Source: Octopus sinensis (Eukaryota). Taken from it: a DNA stretch of 64,000 nt. The position numbers were made by a program, and so were the translations under genes. How positions within the stretch are numbered: the first letter of the stretch is position 1; the number at the start of each line of letters is the position of its first letter. Under the pieces are notes generated by a model. The model did no database searches. It had not been told where the DNA came from and saw nothing but the letters and a program-made list of their open reading frames with translations. The stretch is taken from contig NC_043013.1 of the NCBI RefSeq assembly GCF_006345805.1, forward strand, positions 48,298,001 through 48,362,000, read 5' to 3'. This document shows positions 26,506-40,470 of the stretch, one piece after another.

Positions 26506-28359
26506 TTTTTCCTAATGATGCATTATATAAACATGTTCAGAGTCACCTTTTATATTAAGTGGCTCAAAAAACAAAAACAGTGGCTATTCCTGATTTCAGA
26601 TAGAGTTCTATAAATTAAATGTAAATTACAATGGTTAGAATCAGTTATAACAGCTTGAGACTTAGAATTAACACAAATAGTCAAAGAAAAACTTACTTAT
26701 TATATACATACATACATACATATATATATATAATAGCAAAAATTCTAGTAACAAGAATCTAAGTAAATATACAAGATAAATACAAAAACAGAAAAGATTC
26801 ACATTTATTTCCTAACTTTTAGCAGGTTAAACATTGGTAAAAACTATTAATTCCTATAGAACCATAATGTTCATATGACAAAAACTAAATTGTAATTTGT
26901 AATTCTAAAAAAAAAAATATATATGTATTGACAGACCGAATTTAAACAACATTAAGTGATTTATTTGCTTATAAAAATCAAATGAACTTAAGTAATAGTA
27001 AGTGAATTTTTCATGAAGTGAAAAATTACACTACTACTGATGCTTCAGGCATTATCAATTATTCAAAGCAAAGAAGATTAATCTTGGCAATTACCAAAAA
27101 GCAGATTAACAATTATAGCAACAACTTTAGCTGGATCTCTATTCCTCAGTTTTAGCATATTAATTACAATCTCAATAGCTATATTGCTTATAGACTTTCC
27201 ATTCTCATTGCAATTATGCGTAACATTAATTTGGCTGCCTATATATCAAATGACAAACATCTCTTGGATATTCAAAACTGACAACAAATGATAACCAGTT
27301 GTCACACATTATTTAACAAATAATAGTTGGGGAATGCTTCAGGGAGATGCATGTTAATGACAAGGACAGGGAAAGGAATAACTAAAAGTTATATACGTAT
27401 ATATACATGGAAATATATCACATACACATTTCCTTTACAGCCAGTAGATGTCTCAAAACAATTACTCCATCAGTTTTTAAAAAAATTACTATTGAAGATG
27501 ATATTTCATGCAAAATACATTTTTTTTAATTGATATGAAAGATTTTTAATTAAAATTCAGAAAATATTTTGAGAGGGTTTCATTTTTTTTTTCCCCTTCT
27601 GCTTCTTCTAACAGACATTTTAAAATTCCTTAACAAACATTTCTTATATACTTTATCTAATGAAATGATAGCCCATTTAAAAATAGCTTCCAAATATTTT
27701 AGCAGCTAATTCCTTAAGGCAATTTAAATGAAAACATTAAAAGATAAAAAGTGCAAAAATTTAAGAAAATAAAAATTTCGTTGAAAGATTTATAAGACAA
27801 GAAAAAATGAGAAGAAGCAGTGAGGTATTTTGTTGGCTTTATTATTTTATTAAAAAGGTATTGGATTGATTGTGGCAAGCAAGACACCAGAAGATTCATA
27901 ATAATGAATCCAAGGCTTTACTGTTTTGGATTCAATTCGTCCATAAGTTTTAATCTTGTGAGTTTCACTTTAACAACTGTAACTCATCTTTTATTGTTCT
28001 GAATTTGAAACAAAAATATATTTTCCATACTTCTTTTAATAAAATCTTAACTTGTTCTGCTAAATTTTTACAATTTTCATTATCTTTTAATGTTTCCATT
28101 AAGGAATTAGCTGTTAAAATATTTGAAAGCTGTTTTAATTTCTTTCTCCCGTGTGTTCAGCATAGCTACACTGACATTTTATCAAATTTTGAATTTAGGC
28201 TTCATCAAAAGTAATTAGTATATGTAATGGGAAAAAAAACACTTTTTTAATACAAAAGGGAAGCTACACAACGTAGATATTTTTAATAGCTACATAAACA
28301 TGGATTGCCATCACTCACGACTGGCACTCAACTTTCTGTGTATCAGTGTGTCCCTGAGG

Positions 28360-28900
28360 CTTGGCATCCAGATCTGTGAGCCTCACAAATGCACTGTCGA
28401 TTTTTTGGCCTCCACCCACTGTCATGCCACAATAGTACAAGCCACCTTTCACGCCATGCTACCGTTAACAAAATCATAAACCATAACAAGAATGCCCTTC
28501 CCAGCTTAAGCCAGCAGGGCTAGACTGAGGGTACAGTATGGGGGCACCCAACGATATGACAACTTCCCCGTGCAATTGCGGTAGATCCCTCATCTGGATA
28601 CCATATGCTGTAACACCTTTTCTAGCAACAACTTGGTGTGTTCTGCTACCAACCCAGGCTCTACTGCTTATCAGGCTGAGAAAAGCAAACTGTCAAGATA
28701 TCAGTCAAGCTCGGACAGGTTTATGGTCAAGCCTATGGCAGTGGAGACCTCCAGCATTCTCAGCACCCCGGACTATATCTCTGCTCACCGCTATCAGTGT
28801 GGAGATGGTTATCCACAAGTGGATGCTCCACCACATTTCCCTCACGATCCTTCAGGCAACACTTTCTCCATTGTGTTTACTGAAACCAGGAAATGATCTA
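28360..28900 (+). mobile_element. Degraded LINE apurinic-endonuclease-like relic
   Basis: GC-richer block with weak resemblance to the RTE endonuclease region; heavily frameshifted. Confidence 0.3.
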
Positions 28901-28949
28901 AATTAAAAGAAATTGAGGGAGCACACACACACAATGGGATACTGTATTT

Positions 28950-29580
28950 TTCTTTAGTCAACTACTTTTAACAAACATGCAGTCTGTAAGGAATTGCCAA
29001 AGTCCTTCATGGCAAACTGAATCAAACATTTTAGTGAAACTGAAAAATACCAGGTAGAGATAGATGACTGCTTTGTTTCCTGCATTTATCTTGGTTTTAC
29101 TTAGTTGCAAACATTGTGTCAGTAATGTTTTTGCCAGATCTGGGATGGCAATAACAAAGCAGGGGATGAAACAGTTAATGATCATTCTGATAAAGATCTT
29201 ACCAATAATGATATTTCAGAGAGATACACCCCAATGATTGCTATACAGCCATTTATCATCTTTGCTGTTGTACAAGTGGCTAGTCAGTATGTCTTTAAAA
29301 TCTCGCATGACAGCATAACTTTATCTACAGCTGCCTGAGGAGCTGGATAACTTTTATCATAAGCATGTCCCCCATCATACTTGTACACTGCTGGTGTAAT
29401 ATTGTCCTCACCAGATGCTTTATGCTACTAAAATGCTCGATCACCTTGATTATTTTTGCAAACATTTGAATTGTGTTGAGTTCCTCAATCATTGAATTTT
29501 GGAGTGTTTTATTGATGGCACCATCACCAATCATTGACTGGCAATTAAGATGGTTAAAGTGTTGCCCACAGTCCTTTGAA
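28950..29580 (-). mobile_element. Degraded RTE-like RT relic
   Basis: VFFSFTKMFDSVCHEGLWQFL corresponds to the FVDFTKAFDSV..EGLW motif. Confidence 0.65.
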
Positions 29581-29739
29581 ATGAGTGTTGGACTTTTTTT
29601 ATTTTCTTAATAATTTCAGTCCCTATAAGTTGAAAAGATGGTTGACAACCCTATATGATATTCCATACACAGCTTTGAGCTCAAATTTTTGCATCCTTTC
29701 CATCAGCCTGCACTTTCCTTGCCCCCACCCCACCCCCAT

Positions 29740-30860
29740 CTACCAAATGTTACTCATCTTAGTGGCCCCACTAAAAAATTTACAGTACCGCATTAAAGAA
29801 GTCCAACAGTAAAAAGGAGTCCAGGCTGAAAGGTATTTACCAGTGGCTAAAAAGTGACAACATCTGGCATCGAAGTAAGAACAAGGAGGAGAGGGAGTGC
29901 ATAGAAAGTAATTCAGGAGGCAGAGACACACCTAAGGCAAAAGGAGCTGATTAGGCATCACGGAAATATCAATGTCCAAGGCAGAGAGAGACACAAGAGG
30001 TCTGAACAAGTATAAAGGGCAAGTAAGCAGCAAGGTGAGGGAACATGGAGAAAAAGGGAAGGTATGCTTCAGCAGAGGATCATCGGGTCAAATACCATGC
30101 AGGTGGACTTCCACTGTGTCCAGTTCCTTGTGCAAACTGTATACTATGTCCTGCGAAGCTCAGTTAACTTTCATTCACTCTACTCTAAAAAAAGGACTTT
30201 CAGAATATTCCAGTCGCTATTGTTCAAGGGACTGGATAAGGTTGCAATCACTGGTTACAGGACCAGGTGCTCATGGCAGTTTCTGAGAGCATAGCTACAG
30301 CCATCACAAATAAATACCACCACATTCTAAAGAGTTTGATTATATTGGTCAACCTGGAAAGAAACTCCATCCACAACCAAAACCAAGGACGGGCTTCCTT
30401 TACACAACTCCTAACAAGAGACAGCATATCAATCTGGATCGGCAGCTCAAGTTTCCACAGCACATAGTACCCAACGTCACTTTAACCAAACATGGTCATC
30501 ACCTCTAAACCAACAAAACAACTGCTTATGCTGAAACTTACAATGCCAGGGAAAAAAGCATACTGAAAACACAAGTAACAGGAAATGCACAAGGGAGCAA
30601 AAACTAGAGAAGAACTGCCAGATCAGTGATTACAAGACACACTGTAATCTTCCATAAATGTGCTGTATGGGTATTACAGGATGGTTGTCTTTCAAAGTTC
30701 TCAACCAACTGGATTTCACAGGACCAATCAAAGGAACAACAATTCAATTCATAAACAAAACTGCAGAAAAAGTCACCAAGTGGATCTGGATTAAAAGGCC
30801 TGATCCATAGGCAAGTTGATGCCAGGATGCAAGGCAGAGCTTGTACAATCCCAACAGGGT
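29740..30860 (+). mobile_element. R2/Hero-clade (restriction-like endonuclease) non-LTR retrotransposon relic, 3' part
   Basis: Pieces GIEVRTRRRGSA*KVIQEAETHLRQKELI, QDQVL, NLDRQLKFPQHIV, PNMVITSKPTKQLLMLKLTMP and AEKVTKWIWIKRPDP match recalled Hero ORF motifs in the right order. Confidence 0.8.
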
Positions 30861-31025
30861 CACTTGAATATAAGAGCATCTCATGTTAAAAACCCCCAAA
30901 ACATTCAATGAGCCAAGTCTTTCCACATCACAATCTTTGAGCTACAGGATGTATAGTTTACAGTTGACTAAAACTTGACCACACCATTGCTGAAGCAGTT
31001 TTATGTGAAGACACTAAAAAAGTAA

Positions 31026-31059
<34 letters not shown>

Positions 31060-31581
31060 CCAACTTCACTCACAAAGTACTGGTCCAAAGATGAACTTCA
31101 AAGCCACAGGATTACGAAACAGACTCTGCATCCACAGTCATGCTTGTGCCTTTTATACATTGTGTGTGTGTGTTTGTGTTTCATCAGCCACAGTCTTTCA
31201 CATGCGCTTTCTGATCATTATTACTCCACAGCTTAGAGAACCACATCCCACTAATAAATTTCAAAAGTAGGGGGTCTGTGTCTGGATGCCCTTTCTACTA
31301 TCAGTACACTTTACAGTGTACTGAGCACATGTTACCAAGGCATCAGCAAATGGAGAGGTGGTCATGTCTTCAACAACACTTAACCTTTCTGACCCCATGC
31401 TTATAGCTGTACCAGCTCAAATGAGAATGCGTAATCCCTGTAACATTAGAGAGCCCTTCTCATCACACAATGTATTCATACGCTCATGGTTACATTGCTG
31501 AAGAACTGCATACAGATGATAATCTAAAATGGGTGGGGAATACGAGTGAGAATGTGACGGTAGAAAGTGACTACAATGAAA

Positions 31582-32666
31582 GATATATCTCTATCTATCC
31601 GCTCAGTCGAAGTCGACTCTCAGTTACTCGTTGGATCAGTGTCCTCCAGCCAGTTCTATCCTGGGCCACTTCTTTCAGATTGGTTATGTCCATTCCGGTA
31701 TCACTCTTGATGGTGTCAAGCCAGCGGGTTCTTAGTTGGCCTCTTCCTCTCTTGCCACTGACCATTCCGAGCATGATGTCCTTCTCCAGGGATTTTCTCC
31801 GCATAATATGATCGAAATATGCCAATCTATGCTTGGTGATCCTAGCTTCTAGCGACATTTTCAGCCTGATCTGCTTAAGAACTTCTCCATTGGTGAGCCT
31901 TGCTGTCCATGGAATCCTTAAAAGTCTTCTCCAACACCAAAGCTCGAATGCATTAATTCTTTTCTGGTCAGCTTTCTTTAGTGCCCAGGTCTCGCATCTA
32001 TATGTTACTATTATGAAGACAATTGCATTCACCAATCTGCATTTGGTAGTGAGTCTGATGTCTACTCTTCCAGACCCTGCTCATGCTGACCGTTGCCTCT
32101 CTGCCTAGTACTATCCGCCGTCTTATTTCTGGAGTGCAGTCACCATCTCAATTTATTTTGGATCCAAGGAAGATGAAATCATCAACCACTTCGATCGCTT
32201 CATTATCGATTTTGATGCTGATGTTTGTTGTGGCTGCTGTTGACGTGATCTTCGTTTTCTTAACGTTGAGGTACAGCCCAAATTTCTCACCCTCTTTCTT
32301 GACCAGCAGGACAAGATCCTCCAGATCCTTACCACTCTCCGCCAGCAGGGTTGTATCATCTGCATAGCGAAGGTTATTAATATTTCTTCCTCCAATCCTC
32401 ACTCCAATGCTGCTATCCTCCAGGCCTGCATTCCTCATCACCTTTTCAGCGTACATGTTGAAGGCTGCTGGTGACAGGATGCAACCTTGCCGAGTGCCTT
32501 TTCCAATCTCAAACCAATCAGTGTCACCATATGGTGTCCGTACTGTAGCCTCTTGGTTTTGATAGAGTGATCTAATAAGCTGGACAAGGTGTAAAGGTGT
32601 TCCCATTTCCTCCAGACATTTCCATAACTTGTCATGATCAATGCTGTCAAAGGCTTTGGAGTAATG
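31582..32666 (-). mobile_element. 5'-truncated RTE (BovB-like) LINE, RT domain to 3' end
   Basis: DYSKAFDSIDHDKLW...GTRQGCILSP...INNLRYADDTTLL...FIFLGSKI...WCWRRLLRIPW...GRGQLRTRWLD. Confidence 0.95.
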
Positions 32667-32882
32667 AAAGATATAATGGATAGTAAATGGTCTGAAGAAG
32701 AATTTTTGATTTCTAAGCCAAATCAGGCTTCTAAATCAACTCCTAATGCAGCTGCATCATGTTCAGGTCAAAGAAATTACTTCTGCCAGAAATGCCCACA
32801 ATATGATTACACCAAATATCCAGCCAGTGGTACTCTTTGTTTCAAGAGATACTCTTCAAAAGTCTGTAGATTCTTAAAATAG
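32667..32882 (+). mobile_element. Possible piggyBac transposase C-terminal cysteine-rich relic
   Basis: FLISKPNQASKSTPNAAASCSGQRNYFCQKCP...LCFKRY resembles the recalled piggyBac tail (SKKNPTRRC..C...TRYFC..CP...CFKKYH). Confidence 0.35.
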
Positions 32883-33340
32883 CTACTGAGTGCTTCTATT
32901 CTCTCTCTGTGAAACTTGTTTGTATACCTCCTGGAATAAATTACTGTTACTGAATGTTAAGCATTCACAGAACTTTTCTAAAAAGTCAACTGACACAGGT
33001 AATTCTGAAAAGTTCATCTCTAAATCAGTTGTGTGTAACCGAAGTTTACTGACTAAAGGCTAAGGGAATAAAGACTATGCTGAATGGGAAGTATTATGGA
33101 ATAAAACTAAAAGACTGACAATACAGTCAAATACATTTCCTCCTTCTACTTGACTGCTGTGCATACACTATTTTGGGGGAGGTTCCTTTGTGAGAAAGCA
33201 TTTGCCAGTTAAAGTAGACTTTGGTGGGGCCCCAATCAAACTTGGAGGTTTGCTCTCCCTGGCCAAACTTAAGTTTGATCTGCCCAGTGTCTTCTTTAAT
33301 CTGTTGCCAGATTTAAACCTATAATTTAGGTGTAAATATA

Positions 33341-34534
33341 TTGGGTTATTTTATATTTATTTTTCAAAATTAAAATAAACAAAGTTCTTTTTTAATCTAA
33401 AATATATTTTCCTTCATTCTTTACAACGCTCTTCCATCTATCTGGTAGATTTGCAAGGCCCCACTTCCAAAATCCACTTGTCCGCGACGAAAAATACTCC
33501 TCCAATATTGCTATGACCTCATCTACAGAATTCTTATATTTTCCGTCCAAATGATTTTGAAGACTGTAGAACAAATGATAATCAGATGGGGCAATGTCTG
33601 ACGAATGTGGTGAATGGGGCATTGTTTCCCATTCAAACTGCTCCAGCCTTTGGAATGTCATCCTCATTGTATGTGACCAAGCATTATCCTGATGGAAGAA
33701 CACCTTTTGTCTTGAAACCAAAGATAATCATTATACTTCTAGCACTGAATTAAGCTGTTCAAGCTGCTTGCAGTAGCAATCCTTTATCATTTGGTTTGGG
33801 TTTAAAAGTCAAAGTGGACTAAATCTCTCATAGCCCACCAAACAGATAACAACACCTTACATGGGTGACAGTGTTTCTCTGTCCTACCCACTGTCTTCAG
33901 CGCTTGACACCAGTCACTATTCGGTCCAAAAAAAGGTTCATTTGTGAGAAAATGACAGCAAAGAAGAGCACACATTCACTCACTGTGCGCGATTAGACTT
34001 GGAAAGTTTGTGAGAAATCCATTGACCCAATTTGCTGACTTTTCCAATAGCACACAGCTGTCAATGAATTGCTGAATGACCAAATCCAAGCTTCTCTGCT
34101 AGTTCCTCAACAGTAACCATAGAATTTTGTTCTACCAGGGTTTGCAGGACATCCTCATTGAGCTCTGCAGATCTTCCAGGACGAGGCTCATCTTCTAGAC
34201 TGTAGTTTCTGGCTCGGAATTTCTGGAACCATCGTTGACACTGGCTTATGTTTATTGTCTGATCCCCATATACTGCATTAATATTCCTCTCACTTTCCGT
34301 TGCATTATTACTTTTATTGAACTCATAAAGCAAAATATGCTGAATAAGCTCCTATGTCACTTCCATTATAGCTTTGAAAAAATAACTGTTAAAATCAAAC
34401 TGCACTCTTCAAAACTTGCACTAAGAATAAAGACAAGGTAAAATTACTATTTGCTTTTATAGCAAGTTGATGCAGGTAGTTTATCCTGTCCCCCATCCGA
34501 CTTTTTGTTCATGCAGCTGAAAAAACTGACCCAA
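33341..34534 (-). mobile_element. Near-full-length degenerate mariner (Mos1/Hsmar-like) element
   Basis: ORF 34061-34333 is the HTH region (QRWFQKFR...LEDEPRPGR). ORF 33392-33721 reads HQDNAWSH...HSPHSSDIAPSDYHLF. Ends are TA|ttgggt...acccaa|TA. Confidence 0.9.
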
Positions 34535-36895
34535 TAGTTGTGTGGTTAATAAAATGACTTTGAAATCCCGTGGTTTCAGGTGCAGCACCTTAAGTAATTG
34601 TCTTCTACTATAGTATCAGGCTAATGAATACTTTGTGAGTGGAATTTGATAGATCAAAATACTGCTTTCAAGGCAGATGGCCCCGTTTTATTCAGTTAAC
34701 ATGCCTTAGTTTTCATCTTACAAACAGTGAAACATGTTTCCAAAGCATCGGAGATTATTTTATTTGTGAAAATAAGTTGGAAGGCAACTCTGCCCATTTA
34801 GAATCCATGTTGTAAGACAGATATCTGAGACCTCCTTCAGTCACGACACTGACCATGGGATTGCACCTAGAAAGCTACCCTCCCAGGCACAAGTCCGGAC
34901 AAGGTTGTTTGTGGAAGACCAGCAGTTGCCCAAGTATACCGGCCTCCCCTCTCCACGCCACCAGTGTTGTGCAAGGGAAAGGCAAAGGCCGATACAGCTT
35001 GGCACCAGTGACGTCACAACTCATTTCTACAGCTGAGTGAACTGGAGCAGCGTGAAATAAAGTGTCTTGCTCAAGAACACAACATGCAGCCTGGTCCGGG
35101 GTTCGAGCTCACAACCTCGCGATTGTGAGCTCAGTGCTCTAACCACTGAGCTATGCTCCTTCACTAAGACAGATATAGTCAGACCAAAAAAGAAACATAT
35201 ATTTCAAGTCTTAAAAGTGACTCACACAACAGTGAAAAATGTGAATTCTCAACTAAATCTATTTGCATTCTCATTAACCATAATGAATTGCATCCTGGCC
35301 CTCAAACAATCTTTACCTCCATTTATTATTCCAGATGGATCCCTTATTTCTCTGAAAGAATAAGACCTCTCATCAAGTGCTCAATTTCCAAGTTTCTTAT
35401 GCAACAACAATTAATGACATAAAAACAAGAGGAACACGTTTTACCATATAAGGTAGTCCGAGATATACAATACCAAGATAAGTCTTATGGATAAAATGCT
35501 TTTGAGCATTTAAAACAGGGTAACCTGAGACTGACTACAATTTTCCCACGATTTGCTTCTTAAAGTAGCAGTTAAGAAAGATACCTTTTTACTCATTCTC
35601 ATAATTAATTGACCAATGCAAATACAATGTTTAAGGCATAAGTAATAAGAAGTTACTTTTGCAGTTTGGTATTCAAGAAACTAGAAAATTTACTGATAAC
35701 TGCACTAGCTTTACACAAAACCATATGGCAGTAACTTTGTCAAGTTTGGCTTTGTTAACCTGCATTTATTGAATTTCATGTTGTATGTTGTCCATTCTTA
35801 TGAAGTCAATCTTAAGTAAAAGCTAGACAATTTCCTTCAATAGTTAATACCTACTTTAAGCAAATAAACACTTTACAAATTTCAAAATTTAAAGTACATA
35901 TTTTGAGGGCAAAATGAAAAATAAATTAAAGAAGTAATTTAACTTTGAACAACATTTTACTGAGTGTTTCTGGATTGAAAGAAAATCAATTTAATTTCTG
36001 GCTATATTTATTCAAGTAAAAAAAAAAAAAACCCGAAAATTTTATCTGAAAGTTGTGAATGTAACTTTTGATAATTATCTAAAAACAGAGTAATGAAAGA
36101 AAATGATTTACCAAGAAAAGAGAATGAGCTGGAATCTAAAGAAATTCATATAAGCTGGTATTTGGAAGATTTTCTACTTTTAGTTAACCTGTACGTAGGC
36201 AAATACTTTTAGCAGTTTTAGTTCTAAAATTACAAAGAGGTTGCCATGGAGATTAAGCAAAAAGACAAAAAGCTGTGAACTCAATGTAGTAAGGCAGATG
36301 CTTGACAAAAGACAATGAGAGGTCTAAAAACAAATTTTACGAGTAAACAAATCATGTGTAAAGAAAATCTTATTTACATACATGAAAGGTATACAATCCT
36401 AATACAATTTAACAGAAAATGACAAGAGTAAAAAAAAAGAAACTTAGGAATGCTTCTTGAATCTGGATATATCTTGTGCTAATGAAATTATTAACATTTT
36501 TTTTTTTGTTTTCTTTTATTTTTAATGATGATAATTTCCATAAAACTTCTCTGAGATGATGGTGATGGTGATGGTGATTATGATAATGATGATGATGATG
36601 CAGATGGTTGTGGTGATTAAAATTATCAAGAAAATTAAATTAAGTACATTCACATTTTTAAAATTATTAAAGCTATCAATGCAAAAGGGAGAGAGAAAGA
36701 AGAAGGAGAGAAAGAAGCGGGAGAGAATCTACATGCAATATGAACAATCAACCAACACCAGGTTAAATCACGTGAAATGAATAAAGTGTATACAGACAAA
36801 AAAAGAACCGAGTGATAGATGCGTATATATGCAGTCGTATCTAGCTACAGAGACACCTCAAAATATAAAAGAGCTACCTACATTGAGGCATCATA

Positions 36896-36964
<69 letters not shown>

Positions 36965-37043
36965 GTCTGTAGCTGTGTGTATATGCATTTGTGTGTGTGT
37001 CAATTCATATTACTAATTAACTTTTTGCATTCATTGTGAAGTA

Positions 37044-37079
<36 letters not shown>

Positions 37080-37567
37080 TGAAAATATAATTATTAATAT
37101 TAATTTATGCAATTTTAGCAGTTTTCTTTCAAGTTCTGCCAACTTGCAGATTTTTATATTTTATTAACCACTCATTATGCATACATAATGTTCTCTGTTT
37201 CTTTTTAAGTCTACTGCACTCACGTTCACAATATACTCTTTGAAACTCAAACTGAATGACATTTTACACTCGCAGTTATAGAAAACTCAACTCAACACAA
37301 GTATCTTAAGACATTAACAACTTCACAACAAAATCAGTGTAGGATTTTGGTTTATCTGTCAACGTGAAAGTGTAACCAAGAGTGTAACACATGTTAGTAT
37401 GATGCAAATAAGTTTTAGCAGATGGTAGGTTTTGTGCCTCCTAACTGGTACACCACACAACCACTTTTACAAAAGAAACTTCAGTGGGAAACCTTTCAAG
37501 GCAACCAACATGGGGAAACATCTGCATGGTTGTTCGACCTCCTAGAATCAGTATCCTAGTGATATCT

Positions 37568-38130
37568 ATTTCTTTACTACCTACAAGGAGCTAAACACAG
37601 AGGGGACAAACAAGGACAAACAAACAGATTAAGTCGTAACTGGTACTTATTTAATCGAGCCCGAAAGGATGAAAGGCAAAGTCGACCTCGGAACTCAGAA
37701 CGTAGCGGCAGACGAAATACCTATTTCTTTACTACCCACAAGGAGCTAAACACAGAGGGGACAAACAAGGACAGACAAACGGATTACGTCGATTATATCA
37801 ACCCCAGTGCGTAACTGGTACTTAATTTATCGACCCTGAAAGGATGAAAGGCAAAGTCGACCTCGGCGGAATTTGAACTCAGAACATTGCGGCAGACGAA
37901 ATACCTATTTCTTTACTACCTACAACACAGAGGGGACAAACAAGGACAGACAAATGGATTAAGTTGATTATATCAACCCCAGTGCATAGCTGGTACTTAA
38001 TTTATCTACCCCAAAAAGATGAAAGGCAAAGTCGACCTCAGCGGAATTTGAACTCAGAACGTAGCAGCAGATGAAATATGGCTACGCATTTCGCCCGGCA
38101 TGCTAACGTTTCTGCCAGCTCGCCGCCTTG
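37568..38130 (-). mobile_element. SINE family B with tandemly triplicated 3' portion and a single TSD
   Basis: Three units start at ~37568, ~37721 and ~37906. Direct repeat atcctagtgatatct occurs at 37553-37567 and 38135-38149. Confidence 0.9.
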
Positions 38131-38718
38131 CAGCATCCTAGTGATATCTTTAAAATATAGTACCCTCTAGGAATGATTAGAACTTCATGATTTTGTTATG
38201 CCAAGCATTTCTGCAGTGTCAGCCCTAATATCAATTGAGGGCACATAAAACAGGAAGTATAACTGATAGAAATGAAACTTCAAATTAACAATAATTGTAT
38301 TTAAAGTAGGAAGTTATTGTGTTTATATAATATTACACGAATATGGAACGGGTTGCATGCAGTTTATGCCTGCTAGACAACATTCTTGTGAAACCTGTAT
38401 AACAATTACTTAACCATACATGTATCATTGAAGTATTTTAAACAAGAACTGGAATATACAGCACAGGTAATAGAGGTATTATGTACTAATTAATGAGACT
38501 AATATCAACCCTATAATTATTTATAGTCTTAAATATTCTTAAATCCTGGATAAACAGACACATCTGTAGAGGTTCTTATCTAAAATATACACATGCAAAT
38601 TGTTTCAAAAAGATTTTCACAAGAAAATTTTATAAAAAGTTTTGGCATATGGATTCTAGCTGCTACAAGTACAGCAGACCTTTTTCTGAGTCAAACTCCA
38701 TATATCCACATATTTTAC

Positions 38719-38794
38719 ATGTATGTGTGCACGCAAGCAGCTGTATATGCATGCACTAGCACTATGACCCGGCAACGCCGGGTCATAATGCTAG
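38719..38794 (+). mobile_element. Helitron-like 3' end fragment
   Basis: gcagctgtatatgcatgcactagcactatgacccggc-aac-gccgggtcataatgCTAG, shared with 47593-47650. Confidence 0.7.
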
Positions 38795-39630
38795 TTAAAG
38801 ATATTACTGGCAAAAGAAATTATAAACTGATCAACATTTGAAACTGCACTACAGTGAAGCTCAATGCTTCTGGCTTGAAATATTGAACTAGTAATTATTT
38901 TTACACAAACATATGCCATCAGTTATACCCTTTTTAATGTGATGTTAGTTTACATTTCAATACAGTACTATAATTAAATAACATTTATTGTATTAAAATG
39001 TATTATTGATTTCTCTTAACTAGATCCAAGTCATACTTTATACTGGACAATTATATTCAATCAGTCAATCCAAGTATTTTACTGACATTTATTTTGTTGA
39101 ATCCAAAAGCTAACCCTGAGGTTACCAGGGCATGAAAATAGATAAGATGAGACAATTGTTTCTTTGCTATCAGTGAACCTCCATGTATGATTCTGAGAAA
39201 ACATTTTTTTTTTATTGTTGTAAGCAAGTAAAGAACAACTTAGCTAAAAACAATATCTATTAAGCTATGAGGTGACGATCTAGCAGAATCATTAGCATGC
39301 TGGGCAAAATGCTTAGCAGCATTTTGTCCATCTTTGTGCTCTGAGTTCAAATTCCACCAAGGCTAACAATACCGTTCATCCTTTTGGGGTTGATAAAATA
39401 AGTACCAGTTGATCAACTGGGATCAATGTAATCAATTTATCCCCTCCAGTGAAATTGTTGGCCTTGTGCAAAAATTTGAAATCAATATTCATTGAGTTAC
39501 ATACATGAATATTGCTGCTAATATATTTACATGACTGTTACCAACCTAACCAAAACTGCCTCCAAATTTTTTTTAAGGTTTTTAAAACCAAACTGCCTGA
39601 AACTACCCTAAGTAACCAATTCATATTTAT

Positions 39631-39828
39631 GAGGGAGAGGCTGAAAAGTTCCTGGCTTTAGGTAAAAGAAAATACAGGAGGATCAGTAAATTATGATTCT
39701 CAAATTCACACACTTATTGCAGCAGTCCTTCAGTTTTTCTAAGCCCTGTAAAACAACTGAGAATGGTGGACCTCCAATCAGGCCTTTTGCAATGCCCTTA
39801 AAGCCTGGAACTTTTCAGCACTATCTTC
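39631..39828. mobile_element. mariner-derived MITE
   Basis: Inverted ends ctgaaaagttcctggcttta / taaagcctggaacttttcag (1 mismatch), similar to the TIR at 10590-10607. Confidence 0.7.
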
Positions 39829-40089
39829 TAAATTTCAATGCAAATCTCATGACTTCATTCAATGGTAGCATGTTACTGCACAATATAGATAATCGCTTCA
39901 CATTGTCTAACATTTTTTTTATATGAAATTTGTATTCCCTGATTTTAAAATATTTTTTTGTCATATGATAACTATTACATTTTCTGTAACATTTTATAAT
40001 TATAACAAAACAAAAAATCTCAGATAGAGATAGCTGACTCCTGAACAGCACCATTAATAGCTGTGATGAGTTTATACTAGAAACAGAAT

Positions 40090-40470
40090 GGATTAAGAAT
40101 AAGAGAAACTGGACCCAAAACAGGCCCTAAACGTGAAATGGCAGCAGCATATGACAAACGAATGCCTTTATGGAGTCCTGTCAAGAGTTTGCGAGGAGAT
40201 TAAACAAAGACAGCTGCAACTATCTGGTCACTGCAGGCACCACCCTGAACTGCAGCATTCCAAATTAGTCTGGTGGAACCGTCTTCGTGGTGATGTAAGA
40301 AGAGGAAAACATAGTCATGCTTGCATCAACAACTTGATCACAGACACTGGCCTGGAATGTATCCAGGAACATGAGGCAGTGACACTGGCCAAAGAGGTGT
40401 GGTGGGAGGACTTTGTTACTGCATTCCTGGTTGGAACCCAATCATGATGATGATGATGCTGATGATGATC
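40090..40470 (+). mobile_element. RTE-type LINE 3' end with (GAT)n tail
   Basis: RQLQLSGHCRHHPELQHSKLVWW...RRGK...TDTG followed by gatgatgat. Confidence 0.75.

Noticed and set aside
32810-32932. Minus-strand terminal exon candidate RYTNKFHRERIEAL...
   Set aside because: No recognisable family and no partner exons; the opposite-strand transposase relic explains the region as well.
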